Below are positions 38,895-52,800 of a DNA stretch of 64,000 nucleotides, in pieces. Under the pieces are notes generated by a model that worked only from the letters and a program-made list of their open reading frames with translations, was not told the origin of the DNA and made no database searches. The position numbers and the translations under genes are program-made. Source of the DNA: Azolla caroliniana (taxonomy: Eukaryota > Plantae > Polypodiophyta); contig JBHGNT010000006.1 of the NCBI GenBank assembly GCA_043228905.1, forward strand, positions 10,478,001 through 10,542,000, given 5' to 3'. Numbering within the stretch: the first letter of the stretch is position 1; each line of letters begins with the position of its first letter.

Positions 38895-38957
38895 GGGTTG
38901 GGGGAGGGGCACCTGTGTGACATCGTGAGCGATGGAAGCACCTTCGATGGCGGCCAT
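34595..38957 (-). CDS. OASTL: O-acetylserine(thiol)lyase / cysteine synthase, cytosolic type, 326 aa; exons 38957-38913, 38281-38172, 36889-36832, 36720-36457, 36362-36225, 36136-36085, 35700-35621, 35334-35275, 35154-35074, 34687-34595
   Basis: The spliced frame (981 nt) is open, with PLP lysine motif [55 protein letters not shown] and [10 protein letters not shown]. No transit peptide. All introns are GT-AG except one GC-AG. Confidence 0.96.
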
Positions 38958-41057
38958 TTTCGAGGAGAGGACTGTAAACAGAAATGGACTGGAAGGGGAA
39001 GGAGATTGGAGGAGGAGAAGCACATACACAGAGGAAGATTAACAGAGAGAAAGCAGAATCAGAATCAGGAACAGAAACAGACGCAGAAGCTACTCTGCTG
39101 GCTTTGGTTTATACATAATAATAATAATAATATACAATCCATATTTTTGTTATATATTTAAATAGTTTTATTCTTTCTTTTTTTTCGTTTATTTTTGACT
39201 CTCAAGCACCAACAAATTATGTATCAGCATTCTTTATTTATTCTCACCTATTTCTTCTTCTTCTTTTTTAAATTCCAGAAAACAAAACAAAAAAAAAACA
39301 CAAATTTACACCAGAAATTTCTACGTGTTTGTTTTTATCTGGTAGAGTAGTCTCTTTTTCTCTTCTTATTTGTAGTGTCTTTATCTTGTGTGTGTGTGTG
39401 TGTGTAAAGCAGTAAAACTCAAAACAAAGAGGATTAAGATGAGAGTAGGGGAGAATTTCACACATACATACATGACACCATGATTCGAAACCACGCGAGC
39501 CACTTTATAATCCATCATGAAAATGAACCCGCATTTGTAAAGGGCGGCCCGGAAATCCAGCTTGCAGTATGGGCACTCACTAGTACACCTTTCTCCTGCT
39601 CATGGAACGACCGGATCACTTTTACTTCACCTGTGAAAACCAACCCCCTACCATTCGCGAATCTCTCCACTTTAAAGACAAAACACATACATTTGACTGG
39701 CAAAAAAACCCCCATCGGTGTTTTGAGCCACCACGTCAGGAAATCCCAACTTCGATGACTTAGAAGTGGCAATTGAAACCAATAACAAAAAAAAAATTGG
39801 ACCATGGTCGTTGGTTTGGCATGGATTATGCGCATCTAAATGTCTTTTTCAATATTAGATCGTTGTCATGAGACAAACACTTGGAAAAGGGATTGGGCAA
39901 TAATTTTCCAATCCTAGATGGAACAAAAGTTGGACGGGAAGCCAACTCAAGCATATCATCGTTGTCATGAACCCACTTCTAAATTTGTACTTTTAGCACA
40001 TAGGTTGTACAATCTTTGTAAATAATGATAATTATCACAAGAGATGCTAAGTTGTCACTGCTAAACCACGACACATTCAGCATGTAGCACACTTTGAAAA
40101 TGTTGATTTCAAAAAATTATTTGATACATGGTAAAACATGGGACCATTGAAAAAAGAAAGACGATAAAGTATGGAAATCTCACCTGGTTTTATGTATATA
40201 GAATATCCATTTTGTGAGGATGCCATCTTCAATTCGTCATATCTGTCTATGTTCATTGAATCCAATTTATTGTTGTCTTTAATGCTCTATCAATTGAAAT
40301 GGGCCCAATAGATTTTTTTATCATTGTGTTGACCTTTGGAATGAGAAACCGGTATCCTTGTCATTGATCCTACTTATTCATCACTATTCAAAATAATGTT
40401 GTTCAACTATGATACTAGTAGCAATTCTCACAAAACTCCGTTCTTTTAGTAATTTTGATCAACCACAACACCAAGGAGTTTCCATGGTATAGACCACTTA
40501 CTACCCCATTGTAAGCGACGATGTTCAACCACAACATTAAGAATCTAAATGATAGATCTACCACAACTAACCCGCTCTAAGTTGACATCACAATAACTAC
40601 CTTGCGGTAAGAAATTATGTTAAACCACAACATAAATGAATCCAAATTGTAGACCCCACAATAACTCCCTTGGTGTAAGCATCGATACTCAACCACAATA
40701 CCAACAAGCCTAAATGGCAACTCCCTTCTTCTCAACAAAGACAACTCCCTTTTTACTAACAATCAGCAACTATTCCGAACCGAACCACAAAACCGCGGCT
40801 TAATGGTTTAAACAATTCGGTTCGGTTTCACTAGTTAGAAACTGCGGTTAAAATAGTTTTTTAATTTTTAGTTTTGTACTTTTTTTTTAATTTGAAAAAA
40901 AATTTAAAAAAATTGTTTTTAAACAATCTTTTCATTTTCAGGCCTTATTCTCACATTTTAGATGCAAAGAATGAGAGGTGTAGATGGTGCTATGTAGTGG
41001 AAGTGAGCTTTGTGTGTGAGTGTGTGTGCACGTGGTGCAACAGAGATAGATAGATAG

Positions 41058-44000
41058 ATTATATTATCGTCTTCGGAGGTCAAATATGACCCATGAGACC
41101 AAAAATATTACATTTCACGTGATACATGTGAAGGTGAGTAGCGACTCTTGATATTCAAGAACTTTACCAATGAATGTTGCAATCGAGAGTGCACATTGTG
41201 GTTGTGCGAGAAATTCATGCAAGGATTGGGTTCGATCGAAGAGATGTGGAAAGCATGGTCGAATATGATCAAAGGCAGAGCATCGTATCAAAGTGTGATA
41301 CTTAGACTCTTGAACTTGTTTAGGGCAAAGTGTGTAGAGTCAGCCACTCTCATCACTTGTGCCCCAACGCCCTGTCTCACATCTTAATGCGTGCGAGCTA
41401 AGTCGCATGGAAGCAATGGTTCGAATGGCAGATATCGGGATGGGCTCTAACATGTATCGATGTGTACGACTTCCCCATTCCGTGAAGAATATGGTTTTGT
41501 AGTTAGTTGCAACATTTGTAGTATAATGTGTGAAGTGTGAGCCACCTCATTTGTCCCATGTCATGATACATTGGCGTTGCAAAAAGGCCTCATTTACAAA
41601 GGAATCTAGTGACACATCATGAAGCAAGTGTCTTGCATCTCATCTATCTACCAAACCATTTTTCTAAATCTTGCATCCAACCGGAACACAAAAATTTGCT
41701 TTTATGTGTCTTTTGGATCTTTTTGCTTGCTTCCCATGCATATCTAAGAAGTCGATGTGAGGGGCTTTTTTGAACCTTAAGCATGTATTCAACAACCCTT
41801 TCCATGGCCATGATCTCAATAGGAAGCAATCTCGTCTCAAGGAGGAGGAGGGTGTAGGGCGTTTGTTTCTTAACTTGTTGTTAATCCTTAGGGCCGGACA
41901 ATGGCCTAACATAGGGTGTCTCCGGAAGACACTTCACCAAAGGGTGTTACGGCGAGATAACTTAAGACACAATGATTACTTCGGCTTAATTAGCTACTTA
42001 GCAATAAGACATACACTGAATACACGCGTAAGATATAACAATTAATTCAGAACGGTGATCAATACGTGAAGATAAAACAAGAAGCTTATATTAATTCTCA
42101 ATTAAAGTTTTACATTGTAACCGGGCCTTTATATAGGTCACCGGTGCTGCGTACAAAACGGTGCCAACCGGCACCTGTTCGAAATCGGTTCGGATCCGGA
42201 TCGGCATACCGATTCCGGTCCGTCCGTTCACTACATAATTATAATCTAATCTACTTAATTAAATGTATTCCGATTAACCATCCCTTTCACATTCTGGTCT
42301 CTGCTCCTTTGTCGGTCGGGTAACACATGGCATGCTTGTGGGACAGTACCTTGTACGTCGAATCCCAGTATCCGGCCCTTAGCCTTCATCCAAGATGTCC
42401 AAAATACTCTGCTCCAGGGTATCCAATGGTTGTTTGGAATTCGGTTGTTGCTACTGCTATTGCGGTTGATGTTGTTGTTGCTGCAGTGGCTGCGGCTCCT
42501 CCGACTGTTGCTCCTGAGCGGGCGTCTGCTCGGTTCCCGGTACCCGTGGTTGTGGCGGTGATTCCTCCGTTAGCTGCTCCGCCGGATTTGACTCCGGTTG
42601 ACTTGTCTCGGCCTTGTCTCCGTCCGGTCCTTGCTCCGGTGATGGCTCCTCATCGCTGAGGTTGATGGTCGCCGCTTGCTTTGCTTCTTCTCTCCGTAGC
42701 TTGGTCCGCTCATAGCGCTTAAACTGGATTTGAGCATCTAGTCGATCATCATCTAGCTGGGCTACAAGTTGCCGGACCACTGCTACCTGCTCCTCCGCCA
42801 GAGTTATAAAATCTTCGGTTAACTCCTCACTAATGGCGGTGAAGTCCTCCTTTGTTAGCATGTAGCAGTCATCGCCATCCTTCTTCCGGTTTTCCTCGTC
42901 TGCCCGTAGCAACTAGAGCTCGGTTGTGTGCTTTGCCCATTTGTCCCACCATTGCGCGGAGCTTTCGTCAATCAAGTGTTTGGTCTTGTTCCTCCAGGCA
43001 TGGACAATGAACTGGATCCTCTCCAATCCCATCTTTGATTTGGCCTCTACGGCTTGTCGTTCGTCCTTCAACTGCTTGATGAGTGCCACCGTATCCACCT
43101 CCTGCTCCCGGTAATGTGATAGTTGGGTTTGATAAGTGGTCTGCAACCTTTGCAAGATCATCGTCGCTCTTTCCTTCTCTTCATAATGTTGCTTATGCAA
43201 CTCCATCCGTTCTTGCGCGGCTTCCTCCAGTAGTGTGGTTCTTTCAGCCCGTTCCTCCGCCAACGTCGTCTCAACCCGATGTACCTCCTACCGGAGCTCT
43301 GCCATCTTCTCCTATTGTTTCTTATGCTCCGTATCCAGGTGGTTGTAGTCCTGGTGCAGGTGCTCAAAATCATCGGTTTTCTGCTTCAGCTTTTGGTTGA
43401 GTTGCCGGCGAGCGCGGTCTTCCCGGTCCTTTTGCTGACGGAGTTCTTCTTTCAGCCTTTCAATCTCTGTTTCTGCCATCTGTCACAGCTTCTCCTTTTC
43501 TTGTAACACCTTCTCTTTCTCCTCCTTCAGCCAATCGTAGTCCTGATGTCCTTTCCGCAGATTCTCTTCTGCCCGGTGGAGGTTCTCAACAGTCTTTCGT
43601 TGCTCTTCTTCTGCCGCTTTCTTCTAGTCCCGCTCTCGGGTGGGTAATGCTTCCTATGCGGCCAATTCATCTCTTAATTCAGCAAGCTCTTTTGCTTGCG
43701 CCGCCACTATCTCCGGGACTGTTTCCGTCTTCGGGGTCTTATTGCTATGTACAGGTGCTGGTGCTTCTTTATTCTGTACATCGACCGGGGTCACCGGTGG
43801 TTGGAGCTGTGGTCCGGTTAAGGCCATTTTGGCCAATTCTTCTGTGGCCAGGTCCAAGTCTTGTTCTAGGCTCCGGATCCTTGACCGGGCTGTCTCTAGT
43901 TCTCCGGTTGTGACGAGCAACCGATCCATCTGCGCTTTCTCTTCCGCCTCTATGTAGTGGCCCTCTTGCCGGAAATAATAGCAGTACGGCTTCCGGGCAT

Positions 44001-47000
44001 TGCTGGATTCGGCGTGTGTGCTTGGTGGCGGACCAGGGGCAAGTGCTTGGTTTTGGTCTGGTTGGCTGCTCGGAGCGCCCTTTTCCGGTTCTCGTGGATG
44101 ACCCCCTTTTTTGTTGAAATGACGTTTCTTATTGAAATTCTTTTTGTTGCGGTATCCTTGCCGGGGCTGGTCGTCATCCTTGCCATAGTCGTCCCGTCGG
44201 TGGTTGTAACCAGGGGAATGATCCCGGTTATAACTTTCATACCATCCATTATAGTCCCGATATCTATCCTGTCTATCATACTGGTCATACGCGTCTCTTC
44301 GGTCGTTGTACCAGACATCTTGTGCCGGCCGGTAGCGCTCCTCTCGCCGCCAGCGTTCTTCTTCTTCCTCCCGGTTGCTCCGTGGTTCAATTTGCCGAAC
44401 CGGTGGTGCTTGTCTATTTAACAAGTTATGCTCACACCGTTCCATTGTGTGACTTCTAGAGTGGCAGAGCAAGCATTGGGCACGCATGGTGCATTCCAGC
44501 GCCGAATGTCCGACATTAAGGCATATCGTACATTGAACTGCTTGTCGGAAACGGAGGTCCTCTTCCATCAGTAGCATACGTTGTAGTGCGCCCATAGTTA
44601 GCCATGAACTCGAGTCTTCCATTTCCCGAACTCGGTCAATCACTTGATCTATGCTGCTGGTGCGGAAATCGATGACGGTGCACACCGTCCGTAAGGGTTC
44701 CCAGAGTGCTGCTAAGAATATGGCCTTTGTTTCTTCCTCTGGTGGTGTCCGGCTGAGCTGACTGTGTATCTGTTGGAACCGGATGACAAACTGTTGGATG
44801 TTCTCCGTTGGTTCCTGCCGGATACTGTAAAATAACCCGACCATTTCCCGCTGGTCCATCTCCTTGTGGAAGGAATGCAAGAATTTTGTCTTTAATGTTT
44901 CAAACGTGGGGATGGTGCTGGGATCCTCTGTTCAGTGCCATCTGGCGGTTGGTCCCTCCAAGGTCATGCCGAACTCTACTCGTTTTGAGCGTTCCTCTTC
45001 GGCTGCATTTAAGCGTTGGGACACATGGTTCGCTTCCCAGGTTTGCTGAAGCGTATGGACGTGGGCTTCCGCGTCCAGATCATCCTGGTATCTGGGATAT
45101 TGGAACGGCATATCGTCGTCCGGTGTCGGTACACGGGCTAGTGGTGTCGGTGGTCGTTCCTCCTCTAGTGGTGTCAGAGGTTTTCCCTGGTCTTCTGTCT
45201 CCGTCGGAGGTCTTTCCTACTCCACTTGTGGTGTCGGAGGCTTCTCCTCCTCGACTTCTGGTTCCAGAGTGTGGTCGACTTCTGGTACCGGAGTTTCCAG
45301 CCTTGTTGATTCGGGTTCTGGTGTTGGCAAAGTATCTGACTCCTCGTCCTCTGGTCTGCCTAGGGTGTCGTTACTGCTGCGGTAGTTCGTCTGCGCGTTG
45401 TATTCCCTGTCCAAACCTGATTCAAATGCCGAAAATGCTTCGGATTCGCCTTCCCCCGTTGCCAATGCCTGGAGAAGGGATTCTGCTTCCCGGAGGCTGC
45501 TTAGGCTGCTTCCGTCGTCCGGGTAGGCGTTTTGTGGTAGCCGAAGTGATTCCTTGGCCACTCTCCGGATCACTTTCGAAAATGAGCAATCCGCTCTGAT
45601 TTCTTCTGCCGCTTGCTGGAAAGCCTCTCGTTTCGTCAATCGTTCAGCAAGTCGCCTTGCTCGCTCCGTAACTGGGTCGTTCGTTTGTCGCGTCATCCAT
45701 TCCCGCCGTTGTTCGCTGCGATTGTGCAAGAATCGTGGTCGCCAAAAACTGTGTTAATCCTTAGGCCGGACAATGGCCTAACACAGGGTGTCTCCGGAAG
45801 ACACTTCACCAAAGGGTGTTACGGCGAGATAACTTAAGACACAACGATTACTTCAGCTTAATTAGCTACTTAGCAGTAAGACATACACTTAATACACGCG
45901 TAAGATATAACAATTAATTCAGAACGGTGATCAATACGTGAAGATAAAACAAGAAGCTTATATTAATTCTCCGTTAAAGTTATACATTGTAACCGGGCCT
46001 TTATATAGGTCACCGGTGCTGCGTACAAAACGGTGCCAACCGGCACCTGTTCGGAATCGGTCCGGATCCGGATTGGCATACCGATTCCGGTCCGTCCGTT
46101 CACTACATAATTATAATCTAATCTACTTAATTAAATATATTCCGAATAACCATCCCTTTCACATTCTGGTCTCTGCTCCTTTGCCGACCGGGTAACACTT
46201 GTAAAAATTTTGTAAGAAAATGTTTTTGGACATTTTCAAACTCTTTCCACATAGATTTAGGGATGCTACCGCCCCATACTTCCACCCCATAGAGAAGAAC
46301 CGGGGTCACCAAAGTGTCAAAAAGATATTTCTTGAGGACCCAACACTTAATATCTCCAAGATTGCTTGTGTTCTCAAATGCATAATATGCTCGCTTACCC
46401 GCCTCTAAGAGGCGTGTAGCACATTCATTCCATTTATGATTTGAAGTAACTTCAAGGCCAAGATATTTGAAACTTTCCACACATTCAAGTGGCTCATTGT
46501 TGTACATAATGCATGGTTTATCTCTTTTTTGGCTCTTCACAAGCATAATCTTTGTTTTAGAGCTATTGACACTTAACCTAGTATGCATGCAAATTTTTTC
46601 CGATGTCTTCATAAGCTTTTGTGCATCTCCTGAAGTATTTGCAAAAAGCACTACATCATCCGGGTATAACAAAAGCATAATCACAACATTCCCAATGGCA
46701 ACTTCTTCAACACATTCTTCCTTTACAAACTTGGTAACCTTTTCTTCTAATTCATCAATGCATAGACCAAATAATGTTGGTGAGAGTGGGCATCCTTGCT
46801 TAACACCAATAGTGTTATTGAAAAAATCTGAAAGTCTATCTCTCATATGCACACAACATATAACCTTCTCATATATTCGAGAAATTGCAAGCATATATTC
46901 ACTTGGCACCTCAAGTTCTTCCATGTGCCTCCAAAGATGCTCACGAGGTACCATATCAAAAGTTTTCTTGAAGTCTACAAAGCAACAATATAAACCTTTA

Positions 47001-49872
47001 CCTCTAAGGCGACTTTCCTCCATTAATACTCGAAGAGTGACAAGATGATCAATGGTGTTTTCGAAAACCAGCTTGTCCATAAGCTCTCTTACCATTTTTT
47101 TCTACCGATACACTTATCTTTGATTCCATTATACATCCAAATAGTTTTGCCATTAATGAGCCAACCATGATGGTTCGATAGTTATTTACATTATTTACAT
47201 CTCTGCCTTTATGTAAAGGTTTGATCCAATTTGTAGTCCAATCATATGGCATACCATGTTGCAATGCATCATTAAACATATCGCATATCCATATATGTGC
47301 TTCCTTTCCCATCCATTTGAGCATTTCAGCTTTTATACATTGAAGATCGCTTGCCTTTCGTGAGGCCAATTTCTCAAGTCCTATGCATATATCTTCAATT
47401 GTAAAGAAGGGAGACATATGTGAAAGAGAACCATAACACATCATCTTTCCGGCAAGAGATAACTCATATAAATTCTTACAATGCATAGACAAGTCATGAA
47501 GAGTTCAGTCACCATAACTCTCAACACGTTTCCCCTTTAGATTTCCCCAAAATTTGGCACACGCATGTGCTTTCTCTTGCATTTGGAGAAGTTGTTGAGT
47601 AACTTTCCATATTCGTCTCTTTCTTTGAATAAGCCTTTTACAGTCATGCAAATGCTTTTGGTAATTTTCTTTATCCTTAACTACATCCAAAAACGTAAGG
47701 CACTTTCGAGCTTCATGACATTCTTTATCAAACCTTTTTTTTTTACATTTCTTGGTGCATTTCCATGATGTGCGGTTGGTCGAAAAACATTTGTTTGTAC
47801 AAGAGACAATGGCATTCTTAAAAGCTTCCCATTTACATTCTAGTGTGGCACCATGTTGTTTCTTTGTCATTTGTAACATATCCTCAACCATCTTGGAATA
47901 CATGGGCACTTGCTTAAGATTCAGGCTCAAGTGCGTTTGTTTACTATCTTCAATGACCTTCTCGCAATCAAACCTATGCACACATTTGAGATCAATACAT
48001 AAGTGCCTATGATCGGATTCCGGTGTCCATTCCCCCAGTGAGAATTTATGTATATGATCCAAAATACCTTCGGAAAGTAGCACATAGTCAATCACACTAT
48101 TTCCATTGTGTTTTCTACATGTAAAGCCATTAATATTGGACCATAAGGAAACACCATTTGCAATAAGCAATACGGTACTATTGCACATTTGTAGGAGTAG
48201 TTTCCCAAATTGGTCTAGATCTTTTTAATCGCTAGAAGATCGACTATACATTTGCATATCCTCTTGCATCCTTGAGATATGTGGCATGAAAGATTCTTGT
48301 GAATCAAGTTGGAAACTTCTTGTATGAGCATTCATGTCACCAAAGACAATAACTTCCCCTTTGGATTTGAAATAAGCAATATCATCTTCTATATTTGCAA
48401 AATCTTGATCTTTATCCAAACAAGCATAGAAGTTAGAATCTTGATGAGGAATGTAACATCCAACGACAAAAGTGGGCAAATCATTAGGTGTTTCTATTTT
48501 GAGCCATATGTAGCATTTATGTTCATCATTTTTTACAATTCACACATATTTCTCTATTTCCTTCTTAATCAAACATGTCACCCCTCCTTGTCCTCTTCTT
48601 TGTCTTGGATTTTTCTCCCATATCAAAGAGTGTACATTATAGTTTCCTAAACCTTCAATCCTTTGAGTATCATGCTCCCATGTTTCAACAAGAAGTGTGA
48701 TATCCAAGTCATCGATGAACTCCTCTATGTCGAATCCCGCATTCTATGGGTATCCATTGCAATTCCAAAAACATATTCGTAAAAGACGTGGTTTAGTCTC
48801 ATAGGTCAGTGTCCCTATTTTCCTACATTTACATCTTTAAGCACATCCTTAACCTTATTTTTCAATCTTTCTTCATATTCTTTACGATGGGCATTTTATT
48901 GTGAGATAGTACGATCTTCACTCACAAAGCATTGCGTACCTTTGAGGTATACCCAACTATTTTCGAGTATGATCCACCACTTTGTATCATCTGTCATTGT
49001 GCATACAATGGGCCTTTCTTCGGAGCGAGTAACACCATGGTTCCCAACTCGGTGTGCCCCATATACATTCACATCCGACATCCCATAATGCATGCTAAAA
49101 ATTCACCAATGGCCTTTTCAAGGGAAGCAGGTGTTTCTAGACTCTCCTCTTTAATCCCACGGATAACAATGTTCTTTGATCTTCATTCACGCTCTTTCAC
49201 TTCTCCAACATCTATGCTTTCAATATTCTTCTCTTGATGCATCACATGCATATTAGATGAGTTTGATACCCCATCCCCACCACATACTTTCTTCTTTTAA
49301 TGCTTCCTTTAACTCAATCTTATTAAGGTGCTCATTTGTTTCGAAAGAAGCTTTTTTACATTCTTGAATCTCTTCTTCAAGTTTTGCAACCACTTTCTTG
49401 AGAATTTCATTCTCAATGGCAATAGTTTGGAGCTTAGCATTCTCTTTGATTAACATCCTAATCTCTTCACCTTGCTTGTTTATGGTTTCTTGAAGAGAAA
49501 TCAAGTGACTCATAAGCATTTTGTCCATTGTGTTTATTACATTGGAATCAACATTTGTTGGTGATTTCAGTTCATTATCAATCATACTCCCGAATTTTGA
49601 GGTGGCCCTACGAGTGTGTGTCATTGTAGGACCAAACCCTACGAGAAGAGAGGGAGGGAGGGAGAGAGAAAGAAAATGTACCTTTCACTTGATTAGGGCT
49701 TCAAAATCTACCTTGCGTTTGAGGAGCCGTGGGGCAAAGATGGATGCAGACGAAAATGCGCATAACTTCTCGCCACGGTAACAGAATTCAGTAAATGAAC
49801 ATTTCTTAGAAAGCTCTCTGAAAGAGATTTCCAATAAGCTATAGAATGTAAACAATGATGGCTGGAGTGAAA
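41058..49872 (-). mobile_element. Near full-length APE-RT LINE (RTEX/CR1-like), inserted in the (GA)n tract of the Copia-2 3' LTR
   Basis: ORF1 remnant ~49624-48810 (coiled coil, NIVIRGIKE, AHRVG, RPI, FVSEDRT). ORF2 remnant ~48790-41150 with endonuclease (FWNCNG, GCYIP, GDMNA, SVIDY, SDH), RT (QAGFR, FVDFKK, GVKQGCPLSP, LYPDD, FKYLG, LLYGVEVWG) and a Cys/His C-terminus. 3' tail (TCTA)n at ~41045-41059. Confidence 0.9.
41879..46197 (-). mobile_element. Pol-less Ty3/Gypsy element (Tat-like) inserted in LINE ORF2
   Basis: LTRs 41879-42325 and 45752-46197 (TGTTAA...GTAACA); TSD CTTGT (41874-41878, 46198-46202); PBS TGGCGACCAC (45735-45744, tRNA-Arg type) after a T run. gag ~45729-43950 with knuckles CTICLNVGHSALEC and CLLCHSRSHTMERC, followed by a coiled-coil ORF to ~42457. 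No protease, RT or integrase motifs. Confidence 0.88.
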
Positions 49873-52800
49873 TGAGAGAGAGAGAGAGGGAGAGAGAGAG
49901 AGAGAGCTCTAAACAAGAAAACTGTATATTACCTCCAACACCAACTAAGTTACAGAGGGTTGGTTTCAATACCAACTAGTCTAGGGCAAATGCCCTTTCT
50001 ACTAATTATAGAAATGTCCTAGTAAGTTGCCCATTGCCTAGTGTGAACACTATTCCTATGGGAAGTTGAGTTCGATTCTCAACATGCCCCTTCGAACACA
50101 ACTTCCGGATGCCGAAAATTTGTTCGGTTCGGTCTTCGAAATACTTCGATTTTGTTGAATCGTTTTTTTGGTTTTCGATCGCTTCGTGCTCGTTGCTCAG
50201 CTCGACTGTTGTTCGGTGTCAGCTGCTATTGTACTCCCCCTCAAGCTCAACAATGTAGAGATCGTGAGACCAAGGCCCAATGTGAATTTCCTGAGCTTGT
50301 CAACGCCTACGGCCTTCGTGAAGATATCAACAACCTGGTGGTGCATACTGATATGTTGTAAATTGATTTCGCCTGTCTGAACTTGCTCACGAATGAAGTG
50401 ATAGTGCACCTCGACGTGTTTAGTTCACGTGTGGAATACCGGGTTCCGAGTGAGATAGATGCTACTCATGTTCTCACAGTAGACGTGAATTGGGTCCGTG
50501 ATGGGAACGCCCAAATCCTTCAAGATGCGTTTGAGCCAGACAGCTTTGCACGTGGTGACTACCGCACCCCTATATTTGGCCTCTGTGCTCGACAGTGTGA
50601 GTGCCGGCTACTTCTTGCTACTCCAAGAGATTCCTCCGTTGCTGAAAGAGAAAACGAATCTAGAGGTTGAACGTCTATCGACCTTATAGCCTGCCCAGTC
50701 TGCGTCTATGTACCCTTCAAGTCGAATAAGCGTATTCGACTTATACATGATCCCGTAATCCATCGTCGTAATAACATACCGAACTATCCTCTTACCGCAA
50801 TCGAGATTATCATTTCGTGGGTTCTGTATGAATTGGCTAAGTAGATCGACTGAATAGCTGAGGTCGGGTCCTATGATGGTTAGATAGATTTGGTTGTCGA
50901 TCAATTGTCGATACCGAGTCGGATCGCACTCGGTTGTGCCCGAATCGACATCAAGCTTGAGACTTCGGTCGAGAGGGGTAGACATAGGTTTGCACTCGGT
51001 CATTCTGAACTTGTAGAGTGAATTGAGAACGTAGTGTCGTTGAGAGATCACTATCTCAACTGGTGTCCGAATTACTTCGATACCAAGGAAGTAATGGAGC
51101 TCGTGCATATCTTTCATTTCGAATCTGCTAGATAGGAGTGATTTTACCTTATTAATCTCGGCAAGATCCTTTCCTCTAATGACCAAATTATCCACGTACA
51201 GGATGATGACAATCGGGTTGTCTGACTCATTTCGGATATACAGAGAGTTGTCCGATTTCAACATTCAAAAACCAATTTGATGAAGATACTGAGTAATCTT
51301 TGAATGCCAAGCATGCGATGCTTGCTTAAGGCCATAGAGTGGCTTCTTTATTCTACATACTACTTTCGGATGATTCTTCGATTCAAAATGTGGGGGGTTG
51401 AATCATGAAGACCTCCTCTGCTAATTTGCCTTGGAGGAAGGCATTCTTTACGTCCATCTGGTGGAGATGCCACCCTTTCGCAGCTGCGAGTGCAATTATG
51501 GTTCGCAAAGTCGTCATCTTTGCCACCGGGGCAAAGGTCTCCTCATAATCAACTCCATGCATTTGTGTGTATCCTTTTGCAACAAGTCTTGCTTTGAAGC
51601 GATTTACTGAGCCAACGACGTTGTATTTGACCTTGTAGATCCATTTGCAACCAATCGATTTCCTATGAGGTGAATGTGGAACAAGGTTCCATGTCTCGTT
51701 TTTGCACAAGGCCTGCATTTCTTCATTCATCGTGTCGATCCATTGTGGGTCCTTCACGGCATCAAAAAATGTTTCCGGCTCTCGAACAGTTGCTACCTTC
51801 ATCATGAAGGCGTAATGATACACCATGTACTCATCGTACCCGAACCGGCTTACGGGGTTCTTTTCACGGGTGGACCGGCATAGCTTCTCGTTCGCTGAGA
51901 CTAATGCTTTCTTCGCTCCATTTGTTTGGATGTTGAAGGCTTCAAACTCACTGTCAAGGGAGTGAGCTGACTCATTGTCCATAAGGTCTTCATATTCTGG
52001 CATTTTGACCTTCCCCTTGTCTAGCTTTGGAGTCGGTCGAGATGTGTTGGATCACTCGGAGGCTCTTGTGGGCCACTCAGCCTTGTCGTAAGCAGGTTGT
52101 CTTCGTACATGTGTCCGAGTTGATCTTCTTCTTGTATCTCTTGTTTGGCTGATTCTGGGTTGAACTGAGTCAAGGTTGAAGTTGTCTCTGGTGTGTACCA
52201 GGATGCTGACTCATCGAAAGCGACATCTCGACTCACACAAAACTTTTGAGTATAGGGGTTATAGCACTTGTACCCCTTTTGCTCCAATGAGTATCCTACA
52301 AGGATACATTTCTCTAACTTCGGGTCGAGCTTTTGTCACTTCTTGTTGGGAACATGCGCATAGGTGATGGAGCCGAATGTCCGAACATGGGATAGGTCCG
52401 GCTTCTTTCCGTAAAACTTCTCGTGTGGGGTAACCTCATGCACGCCAGATGTTGTACATCGGTTCATTAGATATATAACTGTGTTCGCCGCTTCTGCCCA
52501 ATACGATTTCGACCGGTTCTTCTCGTTCAACATTGCCCGTGAAATCTCTACTATGTGGCGATTCTTTCGCTCGGCTACGCCGTTTTGTTGAGGTGTGTGC
52601 CGGCAAGAGAATTCTCGTCATATTCCTTCCTTTCGAGGATATGCCGTAAACTCGTCTGAGAAATATTCTTTGCCTCCATTTGATCGAAGGCAGTGTACGT
52701 GCTGACTCGTGGATTTTTCTACTTCGTTTTTGAACCTTTGGAAGTGTCTGAACACTTCACTCTTCCGTCTCATCGGGTAGATCCAGGTGTGCCTTGAAAA

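Noticed and set aside
44808-45599. 263-aa plus-strand ORF
   Set aside because: It is the antisense shadow of the GC-rich gag on the minus strand.
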